Shown: positions 37,751-47,609 of the stretch, in pieces
Layout of the letters: each line of letters starts with the position of its first letter
Position numbering within the stretch: the first letter of the stretch is position 1
From: Minisyncoccota bacterium
GTDB taxonomy: Bacteria > Patescibacteriota > Minisyncoccia > Phycocordibacterales > UBA2100
NCBI GenBank assembly: GCA_031291875.1
Contig: JARLIE010000040.1
Span: 3,011 to 67,010, forward strand
Direction: 5' to 3'
DNA: 64,000 bases
Notes under the pieces: generated by a model
Seen by the model: the letters and a program-made list of their open reading frames with translations, nothing else
Told to the model about the DNA's origin: nothing
The model's database searches: none
Program-made: the position numbers and the translations under genes

Positions 37751-38770
37751 ATGCAGCGTAAGCTCGTCGCGCTCGTTTTTATAGGCACGATTTTTTTTGC
37801 GCTTCCTGTACTCGCACAATCGAATTCGATTGGCACAAGTGCCCTCACAATATCCGCAGCGCCAGCGTACCCGAGCCCCAACACGACTGTGACGCTGACC
37901 GCTGAAAGCCCGCTTCTAGACCTTCAAAACAGCACGATTACTTGGGTAGTAAACGGCGCCACGGTGGGAACGGGTATTTCTACCAAGGTACAGCTCGGCG
38001 CGGTCGGAAAAGAAACCGACGTGAGCGTCTCGGTTTCCGGTCCAAGTGGCAGTGATTCAGCTTCGCTCGCGCTCGTACCGACATCCATCGACCTTTTATG
38101 GGAGGGGGACTCTTATGTTCCTCCATTTTATAAAGGTCGCGCGGTGCCCGGTTCCAACTCTTCAATCCGGGTCCTTGCCATTCCGCACTTCATAACTACA
38201 AGCGGGAAGGGGGTCGCCTCTTCCAATATTCAGTTTACCTGGAGCGTAAACGGCGCAGTTGATCGAGCCCAATCAGGCGTCGGAGAGTCTTCAGCCATCT
38301 TCCCGGCCGCCGTGTTATATGGGAACGACACCATCGACGTCGTCGCTCGCTCAACCGACGGCTCTCTCTCGGGCGAAGCGTCTATCGTAGTGCCGACACA
38401 GAATCCTCAGTTGGTCCTTTACGAAGACAACCCTTTGTTTGGAATCATGTACCACCGACCGCTCTCTCAATCGAGTACGGCAAACGAATCAGAGACCTCT
38501 TTTGCGGCAGTGCCTTATTTCTCGAATGCAAAGTCGGCAAACGATACATCGCTCGCGTATAATTGGACCGTGAATGGCTCTGCCGTGGCCGCTGATCCTA
38601 AAGATCCTAGCGAAATAACTATCACGACCAAGTCGGCGGGAATCGCGAATATAGCGCTCTCCATCGTAAATGCATTCGATCCATTCTTCTCTGCGTCCGG
38701 TTCGTGGCAAGTAAGCTTCACGGGAGCTTCTGGAACAGGAAGCGATCAATTCCACTCTTCTTCGCAATAG
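37751..38770 (+). CDS. Secreted tandem Ig-like/beta-sandwich protein
   Basis: Signal peptide, three repeats of (I/F/Y)xW(V/S/T)VNG, DLLWEGDSYVPPFYKGRAVP. Confidence 0.75.
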   Translation: MQRKLVALVFIGTIFFALPVLAQSNSIGTSALTISAAPAYPSPNTTVTLTAESPLLDLQNSTITWVVNGATVGTGISTKVQLGAVGKETDVSVSVSGPSGSDSASLALVPTSIDLLWEGDSYVPPFYKGRAVPGSNSSIRVLAIPHFITTSGKGVASSNIQFTWSVNGAVDRAQSGVGESSAIFPAAVLYGNDTIDVVARSTDGSLSGEASIVVPTQNPQLVLYEDNPLFGIMYHRPLSQSSTANESETSFAAVPYFSNAKSANDTSLAYNWTVNGSAVAADPKDPSEITITTKSAGIANIALSIVNAFDPFFSASGSWQVSFTGASGTGSDQFHSSSQ

Positions 38771-38771
38771 T

Positions 38772-40013
38772 ATGAGCAAGTACATCAGTCTGATTCGTCT
38801 CGTAGTGGTCGCCCTAGCCGTTGTAATACTCGGAGCACTCCTTGGATGGTACTTCTTCTTGCATGGAAAGACGGCTCAAACGGTAATTCAAAACACCGGA
38901 GCGGGCTATGGCGTAAGCGCTCCCACGTTTCAAGGTTCGACCGGAAGCACCTACGCGAATGTCGTCTCCACTCTAGGAGCAGCACCTGGCTCAGCCACAT
39001 CGACCGCCGCACGATTGTGGGAAGTCTCTGCCGTACCTGTTGCTGGATTTGGCTGGCAAAAAACATCAGCTCCGACGCTAGATTTCGTCGAACGTTCGAG
39101 TGGCTATGTTTTTGAGGCGCAGACTCAAAGCAGAAGCGTCGTGCGACTCACAAACGTACTCAGACCGAAAGTATATGAAGCTTCTATAGCCCTCGACGGC
39201 GGACTTACCGAGCGCAGCATCGATGATAGCGGCGCCCTCATTACGTTTGCCGGCGGCCTAGCGAGCTCATCTCCTTCGGACAATGCATCGTCGACACCTA
39301 TGGATTTGGTCGGTACTGCACTCCAAACGGGAATCAACGCCATCGCTATCGATCCTGTTTCGGATACGTTGTTTTACTTGGTCCCCGGACCATCCGGCGT
39401 CTCCTTAGTTTCAAGCAGTCTCTCCGGTACTAAGCAAAGGCGTATATTCTCCTCGGCTATAGTAGGGTGGAGACTGATTGCCCCGGGAGATGGGACACTT
39501 GTACTGCAACAAAATCCGCTTGATGGCTCTACCGGCTATGCGTATCAGCTCCAAAAAACTGGCACCCTTTCTTTGATTGCACAAGCGCCGGGGCTTACCG
39601 TATTACCGCGAGCATCTTCGTCCGCACTGATTTTTGGCTCTTCTTCGAGCGGTCAGCTTTCGTTGTTCGTTCAGCCAAGCGCTTCAATTTCGCCGGAGCG
39701 TCTCGCTATGCAGACAGTGGCTGATAAATGCGCCTGGGCTCCGGGGGTAAGCCTTATCGCATACTGCGCAGCGCCCCTGAACATACCGTCACAGAATTTC
39801 CTTAATGATTGGTATAAAGGCCTCGTGCACACAAGCGATAAATTCTACGAGATAGACGCGTCGATGGCTTCCAGTACGCTGATCTACGATCCTACGGGCG
39901 ATACCAGCGCGCAATTCGACGTACAAAGCATGTCGGTAGATCCGACAGGTCAATTCCTCGCCTTTATTAATGCCAAGGATCAATCATTGTGGGTCTTGCG
40001 TATCTCCCAATAA
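38772..40013 (+). CDS. Membrane-anchored beta-propeller-like protein
   Basis: TM then beta-rich blades (FVERSSGYVFE, DKCAW..YCAAP, LAFINAKDQSLWVL). Confidence 0.7.
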   Translation: MSKYISLIRLVVVALAVVILGALLGWYFFLHGKTAQTVIQNTGAGYGVSAPTFQGSTGSTYANVVSTLGAAPGSATSTAARLWEVSAVPVAGFGWQKTSAPTLDFVERSSGYVFEAQTQSRSVVRLTNVLRPKVYEASIALDGGLTERSIDDSGALITFAGGLASSSPSDNASSTPMDLVGTALQTGINAIAIDPVSDTLFYLVPGPSGVSLVSSSLSGTKQRRIFSSAIVGWRLIAPGDGTLVLQQNPLDGSTGYAYQLQKTGTLSLIAQAPGLTVLPRASSSALIFGSSSSGQLSLFVQPSASISPERLAMQTVADKCAWAPGVSLIAYCAAPLNIPSQNFLNDWYKGLVHTSDKFYEIDASMASSTLIYDPTGDTSAQFDVQSMSVDPTGQFLAFINAKDQSLWVLRISQ

Positions 40014-40022
40014 TCACGCGTT

Positions 40023-40442
40023 ATGAAAAAGCTATTTAAGAAATTGGATTTCCGTACGCTAGGCCTCCTCTTCCAGGGAACATTCGTACCGCTTTCCGGT
40101 GGTATAAACGGAAGCTCTTCGGGATCGAATCTTGCCGGACCTTTGTCGCAATGGTTTTCAAGTGGAGATCTACCGCAATTCTTCAATGCAACTTTCAATA
40201 TGGCGTTTTCCGCTGGCGCGATTTCGGCAGTGCTGCGCCTTGCCTATGCGGGTTGGCTCTACATGGGAGCACAAGACATGTGGGGATCGAAACAGCGCGC
40301 AAAAGAAATCATCATGGATGCGGTGCTCGGCCTACTCTTACTTATCGGTATTTGGGTAATCCTTCACCAGATCAACCCATGCCTCCTAGACCTGAATATT
40401 CTACAATCGCTCCAAGGAGGGAGTAGCTGTAACGCGTCCTAA
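40023..40442 (+). CDS. Pilin-like (VirB2/TrbC-like) membrane protein
   Basis: Two TM helices with AGWLYM..AKEIIMDAVLGLLLL..ILHQINP pattern typical of CPR pilin-like proteins. Confidence 0.65.
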   Translation: MKKLFKKLDFRTLGLLFQGTFVPLSGGINGSSSGSNLAGPLSQWFSSGDLPQFFNATFNMAFSAGAISAVLRLAYAGWLYMGAQDMWGSKQRAKEIIMDAVLGLLLLIGIWVILHQINPCLLDLNILQSLQGGSSCNAS

Positions 40443-40452
40443 TTCTGACAGC

Positions 40453-40920
40453 TTATTCGAGCGAGTATTTAATCACCACTCGTCGGCTGCGGCCCTCGCC
40501 TTGTGATTCTGTTTTTACATTCGGAGCGTCCTGAAGAGTCGTGTGGACGATGAGACGCTCATAAGCGCTCATGGGGGAGAGCTCGACGTCGTATTGAAAA
40601 CTGCGCGCCCGCTCAGCCATCATGAGCGCTTTGGTCTGGAGGTCTTTTATTTGTTTCGTACGGTAGCCATTTACATCAATTAAAAACATTTCCGCTCGAT
40701 TGGTTTCTCCTTCATTTGATTGATTGCGCTCTTCTGAAATTTTCTTCACGAGATAATCAATGGCCTGCACCACTTCGCCTCGCGGCCCGATAAGGTCGCG
40801 CCCGTCATTGGTTTCAATCGAAAGAATTGTCTGACCAGCAGTTTCAGATCGAGAGATAGCTTTGTATGCAATGCCGGCGGCATCGAGCAATTCCTTGAGG
40901 GTGGTTTCGGGCGGATTCAT
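40453..40920 (-). CDS. jag: Jag/EloR (KhpB) KH-R3H RNA-binding protein, short form
   Basis: LIGPRGEVVQAI, IDVNGYR, PMSAYERLIVH, TESQGEGRSRRVVI; synteny with yidC. Confidence 0.9.
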   Translation of the reverse strand: MNPPETTLKELLDAAGIAYKAISRSETAGQTILSIETNDGRDLIGPRGEVVQAIDYLVKKISEERNQSNEGETNRAEMFLIDVNGYRTKQIKDLQTKALMMAERARSFQYDVELSPMSAYERLIVHTTLQDAPNVKTESQGEGRSRRVVIKYSLE

Positions 40921-40992
40921 TTGCTTCTTGTACCACGCCGGGGGGTCAAAAACAACTTGGCATTCTTGCGTAGCGTGTCTTGGGTTGAACCG

Positions 40993-41745
40993 TTAGCGCT
41001 TTGATCCAGCGTCAGCGTCATTAAAGCGTCTTCCCGAGAGATATTCCTGCAAAATCATGAATATATTACTGGTTGTCCAGTAGAGCGGAGCGGCTGCGGA
41101 GAGTGAAAACCCAATCACTCCAATGATAGCCGGGAGCACATACCTCGCCTGGATCTCAAAACTTCTGGCCATATCGCCCGAAAGCGAAGCTTCGACAGGG
41201 GAACTCTTTTCAGTCGGTCCCATCGAAAGTCTCGTGTAGACAAACTGAGAAAGCGCGGCCAAGACCGCGAGCGGAATGTTTTTCGCCGACATATTTACGA
41301 TGCCGAGAAACTCCATATTGACCGCCGTCGGCACGTGGACGAATGCGTACAGTAAATTAGGATCGATATTCGGCAAGCCTCCGCGTGAAAACACCCAATA
41401 GAGACCAAGGAGAATCGGTAGCTGGATCAAAATGAGGACGAAGCCGGCAAAGGGATGCACGCCGCGCTCTTTATAGAGCACAAAGATTGCCCGACCTTGT
41501 TCTTCAGGATTGTTTTTGTATTTCTCTTTCAACTTTTCAACTTCCGGGCCGATTTTTTTCATTGCGAGCTGCGCCTGTACTGCGCGGCGGGAGAGGGGAA
41601 AGAGAAGGAAACGAACCACGATCGTCATTGCAACTACCGCAAGTCCTACGTCGTGCGCCGGAAGAATACCAACTAAAAACACGAGCCCGTTGTATAACGG
41701 GCGATAAATAATAGCCGAGAATGCGGCTCCTATTGCCGAAAACAC
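40993..41745 (-). CDS. yidC: Membrane protein insertase YidC
   Basis: GLAVVAMTIVVRFLLFPL, LYKERGVHPFAG, LIQLPIL, LYWTTSN. Confidence 0.93.
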   Translation of the reverse strand: MFSAIGAAFSAIIYRPLYNGLVFLVGILPAHDVGLAVVAMTIVVRFLLFPLSRRAVQAQLAMKKIGPEVEKLKEKYKNNPEEQGRAIFVLYKERGVHPFAGFVLILIQLPILLGLYWVFSRGGLPNIDPNLLYAFVHVPTAVNMEFLGIVNMSAKNIPLAVLAALSQFVYTRLSMGPTEKSSPVEASLSGDMARSFEIQARYVLPAIIGVIGFSLSAAAPLYWTTSNIFMILQEYLSGRRFNDADAGSKR

Positions 41746-41754
41746 AGGTGCATT

Positions 41755-42081
41755 CTAACGCGATTCAAGCCTTAAGAAAAGCGATTCTATATCGTTCAAA
41801 ATATCTCGATAATTCGCGTTTTTTACCTCAGCTTTTGCATACAAAACAAGGGCCTGCGGTGCCTTCACAGCCGGGGCGGCTTTGGCGAGGGCGCTTCTCA
41901 TGTGGCGTTTGATCTTATTACGATCGACAGCTTTTACCGCCGTCTTTTTCGAAACGACTGTCGCGAATTTTGGCTTATTTCCTGAAAGGGGAGCGACGAG
42001 CAAAGAAAAAAACCTTCCGTGTAATCGTTTCCCGGAAAGTTTTTTCATCTCTTCGCCGGAAAGGCGACACTCTTTTGGCAT
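41755..42081 (-). CDS. rnpA: Ribonuclease P protein component
   Basis: FATVVSKK..KAVDRNKIKR; between rpmH and yidC. Confidence 0.9.
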   Translation of the reverse strand: MPKECRLSGEEMKKLSGKRLHGRFFSLLVAPLSGNKPKFATVVSKKTAVKAVDRNKIKRHMRSALAKAAPAVKAPQALVLYAKAEVKNANYRDILNDIESLFLRLESR

Positions 42082-42083
42082 CG

Positions 42084-42218
42084 CTATGCGGAGAGACGGG
42101 CACGTCCCTTGCGTCGGCGGCGGATGAGAACTTTGGTGCCGTTCTTGGAACCGGCGCGCTTCAAAAAGCCGTGCGTACGGGCGCGTTTGCGCTTCTTCGG
42201 CTGATAGGTTCGCTTCAT
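42084..42218 (-). CDS. rpmH: 50S ribosomal protein L34
   Basis: Translated by hand (below the ORF-track cutoff): [44 protein letters not shown]. Confidence 0.95.
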   Translation of the reverse strand: MKRTYQPKKRKRARTHGFLKRAGSKNGTKVLIRRRRKGRARLSA

Positions 42219-42240
42219 GCGCAAACCGTAGCACGTTTTG

Positions 42241-42310
42241 TTATTGCACACAATATTTGGCACGGTAAAATTTCTATCCCCGAGTTATCCACACCTTTTA
42301 CACACCCGCG
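42241..42310. promoter_or_regulatory. DnaA boxes upstream of dnaA
   Basis: Perfect TTATCCACA at 42285-42293 plus degenerate copies. Confidence 0.7.
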
Positions 42311-42388
42311 GGGTACTTTAGAAAAGTTTTAAGGCGCAAACGCGCACATATAATACGCAAGCTGTTGGCGCATGACGGCACCCCTAAC

Positions 42389-43735
42389 ATGACTAACCGC
42401 GAATTGTGGCAAAACGCGCTCGTGCAAATCGAGCTCGGCACTTCAGAGGCCTCCTTTAGAACTTGGTTCAGAAATACTGATATCGCCCATAGAGAAGGCG
42501 GTGTCGTTCAAGTTGCAGTACCCTCTAAAATCGTGAAGGAGTGGCTCTCCGAGAAACATCACAAACTTATTCTTCATGTTCTTCGTGAACTCGACAGTTC
42601 GATCCGAACTGTCGAATACGTCGTTCACCGAACGGCTCCCTCTCAGGAAAAACGCCAACGACCCCAGCAACCGACAGAAACGGTCTCCTTAGATCTCCAA
42701 TCGCTCTACATAGATAAGCGAGATAATCTCAATCCACGCTATACCTTCGACACCTTCGTCGTCGGCCCCTTCAATCAGCTTGCGCACGCAGCTGCAAAGG
42801 CAGTTCTCGAACGTCCGGGCCTTGCATACAATCCGCTGTTTATCTATGGCTCAACAGGCAGGGGTAAAACCCACCTTATCCAAGCGATAGGGAACCACTT
42901 CAAAAAGTCTCAAGGTAACAAAAAAGTCCTTTACGTAACCTCTGAACGATTTGCTGTCGACTACATCAACTCTGTCCGAGCCGGTAAGGCAAATTCCTTC
43001 AAGGACCAGTATCGAAGTTACGACGTCCTGATCATGGACGACGTACAATTCATCGCGAACACTGAGAAAACCCAGGAAGAGCTCTTCCACCTCTTCAACG
43101 CGCTCTACGACAGCAACAAGCAGATCGTTTTCTCGAGCGATAAACACCCGGCGCTCTTGCCAGGATTTGAGGATCGTATCAAAGGACGATTTTCCGCTGG
43201 AATGGTTGCTGAAATCCCAGAACCGGATATCGAGAGTAGGGCTGCCATCATTCGTGCGAAGATCGAAAGTCATGGGTTCTCTCTTCCGGACGATGCGGTG
43301 ATGTATCTTGCCGATAATGTTCGCGGCAACATTCGAGAACTCGAAGGTATTGTAAATTCAATCGTCTGCAAGTCTCAGTACAAAGGGAAGGGAGTTACCA
43401 TCAACGACGTAAAAGCACTCGTAAAACACAACGTAAAGCCTTCTAGGGGCATCTCTATCGAGGAAGTGGTGCGTCGCATCGCGCAGTACTACGAAGTGGC
43501 TGAGAAATCGATATACGAAAAGACTCGAAAAAAAGAGGTGGTAAAGCCGCGCCAGGTCATCATGTATGTGTTGCGTGAAGAGTTCAACGCTTCATATCCG
43601 TCTATCGGCGAAAAACTCGGAGGTCGCGACCACACGACGGTAATTCACTCGTGTGAAAAAATAAAAGAAGAGATCAAATCGAATACGGCGCTCGAACAAG
43701 AGCTCGATCATATTCGCACACTCATACATGCATAA
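42389..43735 (+). CDS. dnaA: Chromosomal replication initiator DnaA
   Basis: LNPRYTFDTFVVG, YNPLFIYGSTGRGKTHL, QEELFHLFN, GGRDHTTVIH. Confidence 0.98.
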   Translation: MTNRELWQNALVQIELGTSEASFRTWFRNTDIAHREGGVVQVAVPSKIVKEWLSEKHHKLILHVLRELDSSIRTVEYVVHRTAPSQEKRQRPQQPTETVSLDLQSLYIDKRDNLNPRYTFDTFVVGPFNQLAHAAAKAVLERPGLAYNPLFIYGSTGRGKTHLIQAIGNHFKKSQGNKKVLYVTSERFAVDYINSVRAGKANSFKDQYRSYDVLIMDDVQFIANTEKTQEELFHLFNALYDSNKQIVFSSDKHPALLPGFEDRIKGRFSAGMVAEIPEPDIESRAAIIRAKIESHGFSLPDDAVMYLADNVRGNIRELEGIVNSIVCKSQYKGKGVTINDVKALVKHNVKPSRGISIEEVVRRIAQYYEVAEKSIYEKTRKKEVVKPRQVIMYVLREEFNASYPSIGEKLGGRDHTTVIHSCEKIKEEIKSNTALEQELDHIRTLIHA

Positions 43736-43958
43736 CCTTGTGGAAAAGCATGGGAGAAGGTTGGGAAAAGTATCTAATAACTTTCTCTTATCCACAGCAA
43801 AAAAGTTGTCCCCAAAGTTATCTGCAGTTGCTCAACAAACTATCCACATTTATAAAAACCAAAATTTCCTTGCACTGAGCCGTGAATACAACTTTTCCAC
43901 TTGTTAGACGCACTAATAGTAGTAGTAGTTTATATAAAGAAATTAAAATAAAGATTCT
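43736..43958. other. Replication origin oriC (dnaA-dnaN intergenic)
   Basis: TTATCCACA 43788-43796, CTATCCACA 43840-43848, TGTGGAAAA and TTTTCCACT, then DnaA-trio-like TAA-TAG-TAG-TAG-TAG 43914-43928 and an AT-rich stretch. Confidence 0.88.
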
Positions 43959-45056
43959 ATGAAGCTCTCCACAACGAAAAGTCAGATTCTGAATGCGACC
44001 ATTCTTGCGGAGCGCATCGCAGGAAAAAAAGAAACATTACCAGTACTTTCTTGTATCCTCATTGAGGCCGAAAAAGAGATCGTCTTACGTTCGACAAACC
44101 TTGAAGCGGGAATCGAAATCAAAATAGGTGGAGAGATTGAGGAGAAAGGAATCATTGCGGTCCCAGCAAATATTTTTTCTCAGACACTTCGTTCCATCGG
44201 TAGCGAAAAGGTTACGCTCAGGAGCGAAGAGGGAAACCTACTCATCGAATCGAAGGGAACAAAAACCCTCATCAAGGCCATTCCTCACGGTGAATTTCCA
44301 GCATTCTCTGCTTCGGAAAAGGGAAGCGGTGTGCAGCTCCCGCGGGAGCGATTTTTGGAGGCGATCCAATCCGTTGTATATGCTGCTTCTCCTTCGATGA
44401 TCAGACCTGAGCTCGGGAGTGTGTATGTTTCAGTTAAGGCTTCCAGTGTGGTTTGTGTTGCAACGGATTCATTTCGACTCGCGGAAAAAACACTACACGC
44501 TCAAGCTGCAAAGCACGAAGCTGATATCCTTATACCCCTTAAACACGCCGGAGAACTTGCCTACATTTTGGAGCGCAGCGATACCGATACGATCGAGGTG
44601 ATCGCGGAGGATGTGCAGATGACGGTTGCACTAGACGGTATACGATATGTTTCTCGCGTTATTGATGCTCAATTTCCAAACTATAAAGACGTTATCCCCA
44701 AAGACGTCGCAACCGAAGCGACACTTTTGAAAAACGACCTCGCTGAAATGTTAAAAAAGGCGCGCGTATTCGCTGGTCAGGAACAGCACCTAGGGTTTCA
44801 TATTTATCCGAAAAAGAAAATCTTTTCTGCGACTGCCCGAAGCTCTGATGTTGGAGAAATGTCCGACTCGATCGACGCAGCGCTCGAAGGCGAGGATATC
44901 GACATCAATTTCCATATTGGTTATTTAGCCGAGTGTTTATCGAGTATAGAGTCCGACTCAGTAACACTTTCGTTTGCGGGGCAGGGCCGTCCGCTTGTCG
45001 TGAAGGGGGTCTCCGATCCGAGCTTCCTCTACCTGGTAATGCCTTTGAACAGATAG
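43959..45056 (+). CDS. dnaN: DNA polymerase III beta clamp
   Basis: LPVLSCIL, STNLE, VATDSFRLAE, FPNYKDVIP, YLVMP. Confidence 0.97.
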   Translation: MKLSTTKSQILNATILAERIAGKKETLPVLSCILIEAEKEIVLRSTNLEAGIEIKIGGEIEEKGIIAVPANIFSQTLRSIGSEKVTLRSEEGNLLIESKGTKTLIKAIPHGEFPAFSASEKGSGVQLPRERFLEAIQSVVYAASPSMIRPELGSVYVSVKASSVVCVATDSFRLAEKTLHAQAAKHEADILIPLKHAGELAYILERSDTDTIEVIAEDVQMTVALDGIRYVSRVIDAQFPNYKDVIPKDVATEATLLKNDLAEMLKKARVFAGQEQHLGFHIYPKKKIFSATARSSDVGEMSDSIDAALEGEDIDINFHIGYLAECLSSIESDSVTLSFAGQGRPLVVKGVSDPSFLYLVMPLNR

Positions 45057-45073
45057 AATTTCGTTCCTAAAAC

Positions 45074-45118
45074 AAAATAAAATACCGCCGTACATAAAGT
45101 AGGGCGGTATTTTATTTT
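45074..45118. terminator. Bidirectional terminator
   Basis: AAAATAAAATACCGCC...GGCGGTATTTTATTTT. Confidence 0.8.
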
Positions 45119-45136
45119 TGAAAAGATACGTTGCCG

Positions 45137-47581
45137 CTATTGGACGATAAATGTTTCCTCAGCTTCCTCCACGGTACCGCCCAGAAGCTGTCCTACGGCC
45201 CGTAGCTGCACGGGACCGTGATAGGTGGGCACAATGGTGAATGCATACGGAGGAATCGCAGATTGGCCCACTTCTGAGCCATTTACGTAATACACGACAT
45301 CCGCGACGGGCTGCGTGAGATCTTGAGCTTGCAGGGTGACAGGTGTTCCAAAGGGTACCGTTGCACCGGCTTGCGGCGACGTAATGACGAAGTGCGCAAT
45401 CGGCTGTTGAGAAGTGCCCCCCGGTATTGGATTGCCGTAATCGGCAGCACTTGAAGAAGCAAGTTGCCCGTTTTGCGCAGCCCAGATTTGTACCGGGTAA
45501 TCCCAGTAGGGCTGCTGCGGATCTTGCGCAGTCGGACGGCCTGCGAGCGGGTCACTTTTTTGCACCCAATAGAGGATGTCGTGAACACCTTGGGTAGGGT
45601 CGGTATTCCAGTTGCCCTGCAAGACCGGAGGAAGGTTGGCGGCCTCTGGCGCAGGTGGCGGGAACTGATCGTTTGAAGACGAGTATTTAGAGAGCGCGTA
45701 AGACATAATCTGGTGCCACGTCGGGGCAACGATAAAGGCTGCAATCTTCTTCACCATCGGTGAGTTGTCGTTATTACCTGCCCACTCACCGACAACGATG
45801 TTGGGGTCATAGCCGATGACCCAGGCGTCGCGTGAGTCGTCGGTCGTACCTGTTTTGTCGGCCACGTCGTACCCGTTGAACCACAAAACGCCGTGCGCGG
45901 TAAATTCGGGCGCGCGCGCATTGTCGTCGGAGAGAATGTCGTTCACGAGTCGCGCGATCTGCGGTTCAAGCGCTTGCTGCGGCTGCGGTGTGTATTGTTC
46001 GAGGACATTTCCGCTCGAATCTGTTACTTCAAGGATACCCGTCGGTGGATTAAATGTGCCATCGTTCGCAAAACCGCCATAGGCTGCTGTTTCCTGTAAG
46101 AGCGTGACATCACCACCCCCGAGCACCAAGGAAAGTCCGTAATTTTGCGGATCCGTGAGCGTGGTAATACCGAGTGACTCGGCCGTGGAGATCGATTGGG
46201 GAATACCGGCGAGATAGAGAACTTTCACCGACGCTACGTTGTCTGAGATCGCGATTGCATCTCGTAATGAGAGGGGACCATGGAACTGTCCATCATAGTT
46301 TGAGGGAGAGTAGCACGGCGATGTGTTATTAGTGTTGTCTTGCGGAGAACACTTGAGGGAGAATTGCGTCGGAAGGTCGAACACAACCGTATCAGGCGTA
46401 TATCCCGCTTCAAAGGCCGTCGCATAGACGAATGGTTTGAACGACGAGCCTGGCTGACGCAAGGCGAGAGCGTCGTTTACCTGGCCGTTGATAGTGTCGT
46501 TGAAGTAATCTTCCGAGCCAACCATTGAAAGAATTTGTCCCGTCTTTGGGTCGACAGCCACGACCGCTGTATTGGAGTCGTTGAAGTCAGCTTGGCGTTG
46601 TGCAGAGGTGGAAGCAACGACGTTTTCAGCGTATTGCTGCAGATCATAATCGAGTGTTGTGATGACTTTGAGTCCACCATTCTGCACGGCGTCGGCACCA
46701 TATTTTTGTTCGAGATATGCCTCAACGTAGAAAACGAAGTTTGGCGCCTTGATGCCCGAGGTGCTCTCTTGCTTGAATTGTACCTTTTCGGCAACCGCCT
46801 GGTCGTATTCGTCTTTTGTGATGTAACCTTGCTCAAGCATTTTTTGAAGCACGACGTCTTTTCGTGCATCGAGCGCAGCACGATTGCCGCCATAGGGCGA
46901 GTAGTAGGTCGGTGCTTGCGGAAGTGCCGCAAGATACGCCGCTTGTGCGAGATCGACTTGCCCAGCGTCGACACCGAAGAAATATTGCGATGCGGCTTCC
47001 ACGCCGTAGATTGGGCCGCCGTACGGCGTCTCGTTCAAATAGGCCGAAAGGATGTCATCCTTGGAATAAGAGTGCGTCAGGCGTAGGGCAAGAATAACCT
47101 CTTCAACCTTACGAGTAAGCGTTTTGTTAGTGGTCAGCAGCGCGTTTCTCACGACTTGTTGTGTGATCGTGGAAGCTCCTTGCGCATAGTAGCCATGCGT
47201 GAAGTCGGCGAGAAGCGCGCGAATGATCGAAGTCGGGTCGATGCCCGGATTCGAATAAAACGTTTGATCCTCGATCGCGATCGTCGCGTGTTGGATATAG
47301 GGGCTTATCTGGTTGAGCGGAACCGAGGTGCGTTCCTCTTCGCCGTGAACGTCGTAGAGCAAAACATTGCCCGTGCGATCGAAAATCTGCGTTGATTGAG
47401 AAACTCTACGATTTTGGAAATCGCTGATGGTCGGGATCGGCACCAATGAGGCCCAAATGACAATTCCTCCCATACCAAAAAGAATAAGCGCGAGGATGGC
47501 GACCCCCGTGAGACGGAGCCATTCGGGAGTCTTCCCGAGAAGGCGCTTGAAACTGCGCCACGCTTTCTTAAGCGTTCTCAT
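45137..47581 (-). CDS. Class A penicillin-binding protein (PBP1A family) with C-terminal Ig-like domain
   Basis: GT motifs IAIEDQTFY, GASTITQQ, RKVEE; TP motifs PGSSFKP, SDN, KTGT. Confidence 0.94.
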   Translation of the reverse strand: MRTLKKAWRSFKRLLGKTPEWLRLTGVAILALILFGMGGIVIWASLVPIPTISDFQNRRVSQSTQIFDRTGNVLLYDVHGEEERTSVPLNQISPYIQHATIAIEDQTFYSNPGIDPTSIIRALLADFTHGYYAQGASTITQQVVRNALLTTNKTLTRKVEEVILALRLTHSYSKDDILSAYLNETPYGGPIYGVEAASQYFFGVDAGQVDLAQAAYLAALPQAPTYYSPYGGNRAALDARKDVVLQKMLEQGYITKDEYDQAVAEKVQFKQESTSGIKAPNFVFYVEAYLEQKYGADAVQNGGLKVITTLDYDLQQYAENVVASTSAQRQADFNDSNTAVVAVDPKTGQILSMVGSEDYFNDTINGQVNDALALRQPGSSFKPFVYATAFEAGYTPDTVVFDLPTQFSLKCSPQDNTNNTSPCYSPSNYDGQFHGPLSLRDAIAISDNVASVKVLYLAGIPQSISTAESLGITTLTDPQNYGLSLVLGGGDVTLLQETAAYGGFANDGTFNPPTGILEVTDSSGNVLEQYTPQPQQALEPQIARLVNDILSDDNARAPEFTAHGVLWFNGYDVADKTGTTDDSRDAWVIGYDPNIVVGEWAGNNDNSPMVKKIAAFIVAPTWHQIMSYALSKYSSSNDQFPPPAPEAANLPPVLQGNWNTDPTQGVHDILYWVQKSDPLAGRPTAQDPQQPYWDYPVQIWAAQNGQLASSSAADYGNPIPGGTSQQPIAHFVITSPQAGATVPFGTPVTLQAQDLTQPVADVVYYVNGSEVGQSAIPPYAFTIVPTYHGPVQLRAVGQLLGGTVEEAEETFIVQ

Positions 47582-47609
47582 TTATCACATTCTAGCGCGA
47601 TTTTTCTCG

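Noticed and set aside
27760-40442. Conjugative element/ICE or prophage
   Set aside because: No relaxase, coupling protein, integrase or phage structural genes, and no visible boundary repeats.
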